A stretch of 60,116 nt of DNA, taken from Nemertoderma westbladi. Lineage: Eukaryota; Animalia; Xenacoelomorpha. Below, piece by piece: positions 25,682 through 34,352 of this stretch. The stretch spans positions 1 through 60,116 of the forward strand of contig JAUCBJ010008849.1 of assembly GCA_032718475.1 (NCBI GenBank). Reading direction: 5' to 3'. The notes under the pieces were generated by a model, which saw nothing but the letters and a program-made list of their open reading frames with translations, was not told the DNA's origin and ran no database searches. The position numbers were made by a program, and so were the translations under genes. Position 1 is the stretch's first letter; every line of letters starts with the position of its first letter.

Positions 25682-27478
25682 CCCAAAACCTCGACCGATT
25701 CCTCGTGACCGATCAGTTGTCACTACAGTTGGTAGAACGTCTGGGAACGCGCGAGAAGCGGACGACACAGACCCAAGAGTAGCTTGCGCCCCCTGTTGAT
25801 CAGCTGGTGTATGTCCCGATCCTCCTGTTGGTTCTCTAGGAAGCGATACCGTATCCCGAGTAATTCGAATGGTCGGCTCAACTCCCTTGCGTTCTTCTAT
25901 ATTAATAGACTTCTTTAACTGTTGGCCCACTTTCTGGACCCGTATGATCCTACCCTGTCCGTCCTCCCGAGGGTGACGTGCAGACGGCGCAACCGGAGTG
26001 GCTGGTATATTTGTCGCCTCTAGGACCTCCTCTTCCTCGAATACGCTCGCTCGTATACGTTTATGGTAAAACGCGGCTCGGTACGCCCATGCGACGGTTA
26101 ACCAAGCTCCTTTGTTCCGCTTTTCAGTTCGGAAACGATCGAATTCACCATACGTAATGCGATTAACGACTTTCTGAAAATTCCACGTGTTTTTGTTATC
26201 CGGGTGAATCTGTAGTAGATACTCGCGCACTACTCGGAATCCGCTGTCGTGGGGCAAAATATCGACTACCTCGATAAGTTCGTCATATTGGGGCATAGCG
26301 GAGATATATCCTTCCGACATCATCGTTTGAGGATTTACCACCCAAAATCCGAGATGCGCTCTCATCGGAAACCGTCTTCTTTGTGCCGATACATGTTCGT
26401 CGGCTAAATCTTCCCACTCATCAAATAACTTCCTCACGAGTTTTACAGATTCGTGTTCATAAGGTATGTCTCTTAGTTGGCATTCAGATGCTCGATGTCC
26501 TTTTATATTGCAATAAGTACATTGAGCCATAAATCTCCAGCAAGTATAAAAGGTATGAGACCCTTGATCCCCACACCATCCACAGATTAGCTGAGTCGTA
26601 GTAATGTGCTTTCCACTGCACTTTGTCATATGATGTCCAGCGACGCCACATTTACCACACATCGTATTGGCAGGGTACCACACTCGTTCGTATATAAGAT
26701 CTCCAATCGGTCGAGCGCTTCCGCCCACACTATAATCGTAATCATCTGGATCTATGGGTTGGTAGGTTTCTGAAGGTTGTATACAAACTATAGCATCTGT
26801 TGCTTCAAGTTGTCGAATCTCCGTCTGAGATTTCTTCGGGAGGTTCCTTTCTATCTCAAGAAGTTCCTCTAAAGGATCGTCAGTGATCGTAGTAGTTACT
26901 TCGAAATCATCACCGAGGTGACCGATAGGCGCGCGCGTCTGCCGTGATTCTTCCGTAATCTCCACGATACGTTCTCCTTCATAGGGTAACAATGTAAACA
27001 TAGATGGTCTTTCGATAAGAGATCCCGCACAGCGAAGATACACGTCTCGAAATATACTAAATCCTGCCCGAGTAAAGGCATTACACTGAGCGTCGGAGTT
27101 GTAGAAGGGTTTAAGGAATCGTCTAAACACGTCGGTACGAATTCTCCCTTCCATGTAGAACGTATGATCTTCTCCGAGACAAAGTGGATGTCTTTTGAGA
27201 GTCCGAGACACAATGTCGGCGATTAGGCAAACATTCACTGACGACTCTATTGCTAAATAATATTGTAAGACCGCTCTTGGAGGTGACGTAATAGCCCAAT
27301 ACACGCATCCTCTCCATTTAAGCTGTGATTCAAACTCACTCATATCTGGAGTATCACCTTCTCCATAAGTCTCAATATACTTGTTCCTCTTACTTTCCTT
27401 ATAATCCCAATTGAATAACAGGTAGGAAATGTATCCAGTTCCAGTCTTCTGAGTATTGTACTCACGAAAATATCCCTG
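25655..27478 (-). CDS. Extra ORF3, C-terminal part: end of exonuclease domain + three CCHC zinc knuckles
   Basis: Same frame as 27479-29254 after one TAA; CGKCGVAGHHMTKC, CGWCGDQGSHTFYTC, CTYCNIKGHRASEC. Confidence 0.8.
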   Translation of the reverse strand, partial: QGYFREYNTQKTGTGYISYLLFNWDYKESKRNKYIETYGEGDTPDMSEFESQLKWRGCVYWAITSPPRAVLQYYLAIESSVNVCLIADIVSRTLKRHPLCLGEDHTFYMEGRIRTDVFRRFLKPFYNSDAQCNAFTRAGFSIFRDVYLRCAGSLIERPSMFTLLPYEGERIVEITEESRQTRAPIGHLGDDFEVTTTITDDPLEELLEIERNLPKKSQTEIRQLEATDAIVCIQPSETYQPIDPDDYDYSVGGSARPIGDLIYERVWYPANTMCGKCGVAGHHMTKCSGKHITTTQLICGWCGDQGSHTFYTCWRFMAQCTYCNIKGHRASECQLRDIPYEHESVKLVRKLFDEWEDLADEHVSAQRRRFPMRAHLGFWVVNPQTMMSEGYISAMPQYDELIEVVDILPHDSGFRVVREYLLQIHPDNKNTWNFQKVVNRITYGEFDRFRTEKRNKGAWLTVAWAYRAAFYHKRIRASVFEEEEVLEATNIPATPVAPSARHPREDGQGRIIRVQKVGQQLKKSINIEERKGVEPTIRITRDTVSLPREPTGGSGHTPADQQGAQATLGSVSSASRAFPDVLPTVVTTDRSRGIGRGFGIPKEVRSL

Positions 27479-29254
27479 TTATATAGACCACAAAATAAGA
27501 GGTCGAGTGTCGACGTAAGGTATCGGTAGTCGGTCATCGCTGTCCGTCATGCCGGCGAAGTCGCTAATTAAGTCCTCCCTTACTCCCGATCCAATCTTTA
27601 CAACAGTTTTATCTAAAATCATGTTTCTTACCATCTTCGGTAGCATTCTAGCGTCGATATTACAAGCTTGGTCCATCTTCTTTACTATGTCGGTGATAAG
27701 ATGGTGTCGCTTTGTATTCGCTGGAGGTATCGGCATTCGTTTGTCGCTCCTCTGTCTACTGAAAACGTGCAGGACTCCGTCCGCCGCTCTAATTTGTATA
27801 GTCTTAGAAGTCAAACTCTGTTGATGACTGCCGCCCTCGTTATCGTAAAACATGTAACCATTTTCCTGAAACAATCTAAACGTCCTATTCCATTCATCCA
27901 ACAATTCTTCCGAAGGTTGCCAAATCTTCTCTATATCCTTATCATCTTCGAAATGAATAACCTTACCTCGCCAATCCGCGGCAATATCTGTATCCGACTC
28001 GAAGGTTCCGGTTCCTATCCATAAACGAATCGTCTTGGTTAAATATCCTTTTAGATTACTCGGAGCTATATCGGCACCAGCTCTATCCAGTTCCTTAAAG
28101 TCTTGAATATGAGGTGGAACGTTGTACACGACCTTTTGAGTAATATGTCTACGTAAATCATATATCTTACTCATATCGCTGAAAACAACTGCAGGAAGAA
28201 ACTCCAAGTTTGAAATGATTTCTGGATGATCCACGATGGGTATTTCGTACGTCGTATCCTGTCGGACTGGTATACTAATAGGAAAATTGAGTGTTGTACT
28301 CAATGGTTTCGTAGTTGAAGTACTATACGGTTGCATTTCTCTTGTCCTTTCCGGGGATGCAATCTGTAGTCTCTGAATAACGTTTTGAGCAAAGTTTATG
28401 CTCTCGAAAACTTCCGGTGTCATCTCCTTAGCTGGAGTTTGATCGTGTGACGTCCAATGGTAAGGTAGGCTCGCGAGTCTTCCGCCCCATTCTTCCATCT
28501 CACCTTTCTCGAAAGCCTTGTAGGCTCTGTATAGGCTAAGAGCTTCTTTCTTTTCGCGGGTTGACTGATTTGCCTCGTCCAGCGTAAGTTCAAATACATC
28601 GGGTTCAACAACCTTAGGTGGGTAAATGACAGTTTCTCCCGCCTTTGGTCCGGTCATAGCAAAAGAATGATATGGATTCGATAAAGGATACCCTCCTTCC
28701 TGGTAGCGTAGTTGTTGATGGTTCGAACACCTCGCAAATATCGGTTCGGGATTTTCCTTATTCAAACGCATCGGAATCGCATTTCGTTGTTCGCGCATAC
28801 AAGAACCGCATTGATAATAAAGTTTATAAACTGAAAATGCTTCTTTGGTTTCTCTATCGTCCCCTCGAGTTCGTCTGTAAAGGTGCATTCCATCAAATTC
28901 ATCTCTTACCGCGGGCATAGGTTCGTGCGCCTTCAGGTATTGCATGGTATGATACAAACGACTAATTTCAGTATCGGGGTCTTCGCTAATGTCTCCCGTA
29001 TCACACAAAGCGTCGTACGGGTAAAGTTCGTTGAAGGTTTTGCGCAAACTTTCGATTCTTTCGTTTAATGCATTTTGCCTTCTCTTTAATACATTTGAGT
29101 CATATTTAGTTCTCGCGAGTTTCGCTGTACTTTCCGATAATTCCTTTATACCGAATATAGTGTAGTCCTTGGCTCCAAATCTTTCGAATGGCGCTGCTGC
29201 CTCCTCTTGGATATCATATCCCCATCTCGGCTCTCCTTGTATCCCTTTCTCCAT
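27479..29254 (-). CDS. Extra ORF3, N-terminal part: unknown domain + DEDDy/WRN-like 3'-5' exonuclease
   Basis: FYDNEG (ExoI DxE), IQIRAADG, LPKMVRNMILDKTVVKIGSGVRED (ExoII), YVDT. Exonuclease call is from motif recognition only. Confidence 0.7.
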   Translation of the reverse strand: MEKGIQGEPRWGYDIQEEAAAPFERFGAKDYTIFGIKELSESTAKLARTKYDSNVLKRRQNALNERIESLRKTFNELYPYDALCDTGDISEDPDTEISRLYHTMQYLKAHEPMPAVRDEFDGMHLYRRTRGDDRETKEAFSVYKLYYQCGSCMREQRNAIPMRLNKENPEPIFARCSNHQQLRYQEGGYPLSNPYHSFAMTGPKAGETVIYPPKVVEPDVFELTLDEANQSTREKKEALSLYRAYKAFEKGEMEEWGGRLASLPYHWTSHDQTPAKEMTPEVFESINFAQNVIQRLQIASPERTREMQPYSTSTTKPLSTTLNFPISIPVRQDTTYEIPIVDHPEIISNLEFLPAVVFSDMSKIYDLRRHITQKVVYNVPPHIQDFKELDRAGADIAPSNLKGYLTKTIRLWIGTGTFESDTDIAADWRGKVIHFEDDKDIEKIWQPSEELLDEWNRTFRLFQENGYMFYDNEGGSHQQSLTSKTIQIRAADGVLHVFSRQRSDKRMPIPPANTKRHHLITDIVKKMDQACNIDARMLPKMVRNMILDKTVVKIGSGVREDLISDFAGMTDSDDRLPIPYVDTRPLILWSI

Positions 29255-29915
29255 AATTAGGGGTGTAGTTACATAATCATTACTACTAGAGGGAATACAA
29301 CAGAGTTTGTAGTTAGTTGTGAGGAGACGTGAGAGTTTCGTCTGCCCTTTGGGCTCGACAACGCTCTAACCTCCTACCCATAGCCTAAGATCTAGGGTTT
29401 CTTTAATGACACGCTGCTTCTTATCTAAAATTTTTTGCCGAAGTAAAAACGAATTTGGGCTAAACTGGCTGTGAGTCTAAAATACTCACCTTTTGATCCC
29501 AAACTATTATCAGAAAATAAGCAATCAAGAATTAGTAATAAATATAGGGGAGTCTATTTATTGACGTAACTTATTGAAACAAGACCGTGTAAAATTTAAT
29601 TAAAATTTTAAGAAAGGCTCGCAAGTCTTCCTCTCTTGTTTTTCTAATTTTAAGTTCCACCCGACTGTACCCTGAAATCTATTCACTGGAGAAAATTTTA
29701 AAAATTTTTCAAATCCAAATGGATTGTCTAAAATTTCGAAAATGTCTCAATATTGTGAGTTCCAAGTAGAATTCCATTTCTTATACCTACAAATCCCGCT
29801 CCTATGTGATACATAAGGGTACTACCCTCAATGTTCACATATAAAGACAATGGAATTCTACCGCTGTCCTTACTACGGTGTACAGGTACGTGGAAATCTA
29901 TTTGTAAACTCCTAA

Positions 29916-32900
29916 TTATTTACTAGTATTAGGTGGAGATTTGTAGTCTCCAGACTCGTTACGAGTCTCTTCAAGAAGTACGAGACGTTGAGTCGGTCTG
30001 TCTACTGTACGACCGTCAATTGTCCGTACCGTCACAGTTCTTGTCACTCCATCCATAGATGGATGTGTGGCTAAAATTACACCTGTTATCCAGAAGCGTC
30101 TTTTTAGATTCACTTCCGCTAACAGCACGTGATCTCCCGGCTTTAATGCGCGGGTGTTATTATACCAAGTTGTTCTGGCAGAAATAGAGGGCAAATAATG
30201 GTTTTGCCATATTTCCCAGAATTTGTTAGCCAGTAGTTGCGTGATTTTCCACGCTTTTCTACCGTAGCTATCGCCTTCTATTGGAATAGAAATAGGCGTT
30301 AATGTCATCGGTGCCTGCATTAGCAGGTGTGCCGGTGTCAAAGCAAACTGAGATTGTTTGTCATCGGGTACTAATACTATTGGTCTAGTATTTAGTATTG
30401 CCTCGATTTCAACAAACAGTGTTGTCAGTTGGTCGTCTGTCAATATGTGGTTTACTGGAATGACCTTTGCCATTGCCGTTTTGATAGATCTAATCAATCT
30501 CTCCCAGACTCCGCCTCTCCATGGACTATCTGGAGGATTAAACTTCCAAACAATCTTGTGAGGTTGTAGTTCGTTCGAGATTTGATCATGATCTAATTTC
30601 TTAAAGGCTCTAGCAATCTCATTCCGAGCACCAACAAAGTTTGTCCCTTGGTCTGAGTACAAGCATTTTACTAGTCCGCGTCTAGCGATAAATCGCCGCA
30701 ATGCTAGTATAAACGCGTTGGTGGAAAGATCCATCACACGTTCAATATGAACTGCCCTACTGGACATACATGTGAAAATCAGTCCCCAGCGTTTTACTAG
30801 TATACGTCCACGTTTCGTATGTATGGGACCAAAGCAATCAACTCCAGTCTCCGTAAAAGGTGGTCTGAGTGCTTGAAGTCGTGCTTGTGGAAGTTCACTC
30901 ATTTCTTGGGTACCTATTCTAGAATGTACCTTTTTACAAATAATACACGTACGTGTCACTGAACTTAACGCTTTACTGGGTCTAATTAATACAAATCTTG
31001 TACGTAAGTAGGAAAGACAGTGGTGTCTTCCAGCGTGTTTCAGATGTAAATGTGCGTCCAGTATCATTGCATGTTGTAGTTCGTGGTGTTGCGGTATTAT
31101 TATTGGGTATCTAAAGTTTGTGTTAAAGTCAATTTTTTGACAAATTAAGCCATTATAAATAATCGGACTCCAACTCAGTATTGGTGACGACTTGATTGGT
31201 TGACCTTGATTTATAGATGTGAATTCGCGTGCGAAATATCGCAGTTGGTAATGGCGAATTAATTTAATTTCACACCTGTCAATCTCAGCCAATGTAAGTC
31301 GACGTGTAAAGTCTCGTTTGCCTTTAACGTATTGTACAAAACGTACAATCCACGCTAATTTTCGGCAAGCTTTCGTCCAAGAATCTGTTAGGTTTACAAT
31401 ACGGTCGACGTGAGTATTTGTGACGTCATCAGGTAAGTCAATGGAGAATTTTGAAGGTTTTGAATTACTAGAAGGGCCCACGGGTCCGCCGGTAAGTATT
31501 CCCTTGTTGACTGTTGATCCGTCCGGGTCTACGAGTAATTTATCCTTCTTCGTCTTCTTACCTTGATTGTCGGTACTTTGTAAGTCGATCGTTAATGGTG
31601 GTTTGAACTCTATGGGGTCAGCAGGTTTCGGTAAACTTATTTTTCTGCCGATATTAATCCCAGGTCTCACCATAGGTTGCAAGTTTGGTATGTCTCTTGA
31701 GCGCAGAGTAACACCTGTATTTACATTAGCGTAGGTACTACCCACATCTGTAATACATGAGGTTTCACCGTGCTTATGGTTGCTCAAGTGTGTCAAAATT
31801 GGTAGTTTGTCAATACAAGGCCGCTCCAATAGGGAAACTGCGGCTTTACTGTTAGTCAATACATTACTAATGTCCGGTAGAACATTTTGTGATGTTTCTG
31901 ACAAAATGTCTAGTCGACTGTCTAGTAATGTGTCTGGCGATACGTCTGGTAACGTATCTGGTTGTTTGTCAACAGAAGGCCGCTCCAATAGGGAAACTGC
32001 GGCTTTACTATTTGTCAGTATGTCACTAGTGTCTGGTAGAACATTTTGTGACATGTCTGGCAAAATGTCTGGTTGACCGTCTAGTAACGTGTCTGGTTGA
32101 CCGTCTGGCGATATGTCTGGTGTAGAAAGGCTCGCAAGTCTTCCTCTCTTGACCTTTGAAGTTATATCTTTCCATTTCGCCTTCGGTTTTTTCTTGAGTT
32201 TTGCCGCCGTCATCTTTTTCTTTGCCTTCCCCTTTTTTGGTTTCTTGATTTCGGCGTCCTTAGGGATGGTGTTAGATTTGTTGTCGTATAACGGAGGCCA
32301 ATGTTGTATCGATTTCTGCAAGAATGGGGGTCCGTGTTGCCAAAATTCTTTGTTCTCAGGTTTACAGAATTCCTCAGGCATCATTCCTCGCAACGCAATA
32401 TCGGCTGGGTTTTGTGGTCCGGGACAATGTCGCCAATCTTCTTTTATTGAACGGTCTAGAATTTCCGCGCGACGGTTAGCTACGAATGTCTTGAATTCAA
32501 GTGTGTCGTTGTTTATGTAAAATAAAACCAACGTCGCGTCAGTCCAATAAAATATCTGTAAACTTGACTGTAGTTCTGTCTGTATAAGGTTCACGATGGT
32601 GGTTGACAGGGTTGCAGCTTGTAGCTCAGCTCGTGGTGTCGTCATATACTTAGTAGGCATTGTTTTTGCCTTAGAAGTAATGAGCGAAACATCGAATTCT
32701 TCTGAGTCTACTTGTCTGCGCAAGTACGCTGCCACACCAAAACCGTTGTCACTGGCGTCAGAAAAACAGTGTAATTCCAAGCTGTCAGGAAATGTTGTTT
32801 GTAATGGAAAGTAGACTCTGGGTATGGAATAATCCTCTAGCGAAGATAATTCTGCCTCCCAGGTCTTCCATAAGTCCACTTGGTCTGATGAGATCGGCTC

Positions 32901-34352
32901 GTCCCATGTCAGTCCATCCTTCCAAATACTGCGCATATAAATGCGGGCTTGCAGTATTATTGGACTGATGAATCCTAATGGATCGAACAATCGGCTCAAT
33001 TTTGACAAGCATGATCTCTTTGTCAGTTTGTTTTCTTGACTGTCCAGTCTCACTTTCACTCGAAAGTTGTCCGTGTTTGGGTCCCAAAAGAGCCCCAACA
33101 CCTTGGTCGTCGGTAGTGGTTCGAACTCTAGGTCTATGTCACCACCTCCACGCTCAGTCGTTCCGAATGAGTCTACTAATTCGGCACTGTTTGAGGCGAA
33201 TTTGGTGAGGTTAAAACCTCCGCCCACTAAGCAGTCCCGTAATTGATGTGCTACTGTTGTAGCACGTTCTACTGTGTCGCAACTCTGTAAGCCGTCGTCG
33301 ACGTAAAAGTCACGTTCCACAATCCTAATTATCTCTGGGTCATACAGGTGTTTCTGATCCCTAGCGGCTTGTTTTAGGGCATACATGGTACAGTTTGGGC
33401 TGTCCCTGGCACCGAAAACGCGAACTTGCATTTGGTAAGTCGCCGGTGGTAGACTTAAGTCTCCTTCCGGGTACCAGAGGAACCGCAAACTGTCTCTGTC
33501 TCGCTCTAACGCTCTCACTTGGTGAAACATCGCTTCAACGTCACAAGTAAAAGCTACTTGACGCTGACGGAAGCGCATAATCACCCCCATAAGATAATTA
33601 TTCATGTTTGGTCCATCCATCAACTCACTATTGAGGGACATTCCCTCAAACAGAGCCGCACAGTCATTGACTACACGTACTTTGTCTGGTTTGTCGGGGT
33701 GTCTCACAAAGTGATGTGGCAAGTAATATGTTTGGTCAGTCACTATCTCCGGGTTAGTCATTCGGATAGCGTATCCCTTAGTCAAATACGTCTCCATCTG
33801 AGTGTTATACTGCAGATGGGCTTTCTCGTCCTTTAATAGACGTTGTCGTATTGAGTGTAGACGTCTTAAGGCTAGTGGATAGTTGTTTATGAGTTTAGGA
33901 CTTTGGCTACGCCATAACATCCCTACCTCATAATGTCCGTCTTTCGTCTGGCGGATAGTATCTTCCATGATCTTCAGAGATTGTTTCTCCTGTTCTGACA
34001 TACATGGTTCGTAGCTACCAGGTTCAGCTGTATCTTGTTCTAACCACCTGATAGTCTTCTCCGTTAATTCTTTGTCCAGTGCAGCTTGTTCCACTTGATG
34101 ATTTCTCAACGCGTCATCATCGATATCGACGGGCATTGTTGAGGTTATTGGGGTAGGTAGACTCGCAAGCCTTCCGGCGTTATCATCTGTCGTCGATGGA
34201 ATCTCTAGCTGACTCGTCTTCTCCCCAAGTTCTAAACTCACCTGGTGGATTAGCTGCTCCTTGTGACTTATCATACTAGTTACACGTCTGTCATTTTGTA
34301 TGTAAGGTAGTATGGTCCACGTCGTGTGAAAAGGAATGAATTGAATTTGTAG
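29916..34352 (-). CDS. pol: BEL/Pao Pol (RT, RNase H, integrase)
   Basis: YYLPHH..KVRVVNDC, FYVDD, LHCFSDAS, H..H...CIIC Zn finger, GVDCFGP / SDQGTNF / WERL DDE triad; frame open from 34352, first ATG 34274. Confidence 0.95.
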   Translation of the reverse strand, partial: LQIQFIPFHTTWTILPYIQNDRRVTSMISHKEQLIHQVSLELGEKTSQLEIPSTTDDNAGRLASLPTPITSTMPVDIDDDALRNHQVEQAALDKELTEKTIRWLEQDTAEPGSYEPCMSEQEKQSLKIMEDTIRQTKDGHYEVGMLWRSQSPKLINNYPLALRRLHSIRQRLLKDEKAHLQYNTQMETYLTKGYAIRMTNPEIVTDQTYYLPHHFVRHPDKPDKVRVVNDCAALFEGMSLNSELMDGPNMNNYLMGVIMRFRQRQVAFTCDVEAMFHQVRALERDRDSLRFLWYPEGDLSLPPATYQMQVRVFGARDSPNCTMYALKQAARDQKHLYDPEIIRIVERDFYVDDGLQSCDTVERATTVAHQLRDCLVGGGFNLTKFASNSAELVDSFGTTERGGGDIDLEFEPLPTTKVLGLFWDPNTDNFRVKVRLDSQENKLTKRSCLSKLSRLFDPLGFISPIILQARIYMRSIWKDGLTWDEPISSDQVDLWKTWEAELSSLEDYSIPRVYFPLQTTFPDSLELHCFSDASDNGFGVAAYLRRQVDSEEFDVSLITSKAKTMPTKYMTTPRAELQAATLSTTIVNLIQTELQSSLQIFYWTDATLVLFYINNDTLEFKTFVANRRAEILDRSIKEDWRHCPGPQNPADIALRGMMPEEFCKPENKEFWQHGPPFLQKSIQHWPPLYDNKSNTIPKDAEIKKPKKGKAKKKMTAAKLKKKPKAKWKDITSKVKRGRLASLSTPDISPDGQPDTLLDGQPDILPDMSQNVLPDTSDILTNSKAAVSLLERPSVDKQPDTLPDVSPDTLLDSRLDILSETSQNVLPDISNVLTNSKAAVSLLERPCIDKLPILTHLSNHKHGETSCITDVGSTYANVNTGVTLRSRDIPNLQPMVRPGINIGRKISLPKPADPIEFKPPLTIDLQSTDNQGKKTKKDKLLVDPDGSTVNKGILTGGPVGPSSNSKPSKFSIDLPDDVTNTHVDRIVNLTDSWTKACRKLAWIVRFVQYVKGKRDFTRRLTLAEIDRCEIKLIRHYQLRYFAREFTSINQGQPIKSSPILSWSPIIYNGLICQKIDFNTNFRYPIIIPQHHELQHAMILDAHLHLKHAGRHHCLSYLRTRFVLIRPSKALSSVTRTCIICKKVHSRIGTQEMSELPQARLQALRPPFTETGVDCFGPIHTKRGRILVKRWGLIFTCMSSRAVHIERVMDLSTNAFILALRRFIARRGLVKCLYSDQGTNFVGARNEIARAFKKLDHDQISNELQPHKIVWKFNPPDSPWRGGVWERLIRSIKTAMAKVIPVNHILTDDQLTTLFVEIEAILNTRPIVLVPDDKQSQFALTPAHLLMQAPMTLTPISIPIEGDSYGRKAWKITQLLANKFWEIWQNHYLPSISARTTWYNNTRALKPGDHVLLAEVNLKRRFWITGVILATHPSMDGVTRTVTVRTIDGRTVDRPTQRLVLLEETRNESGDYKSPPNTSK

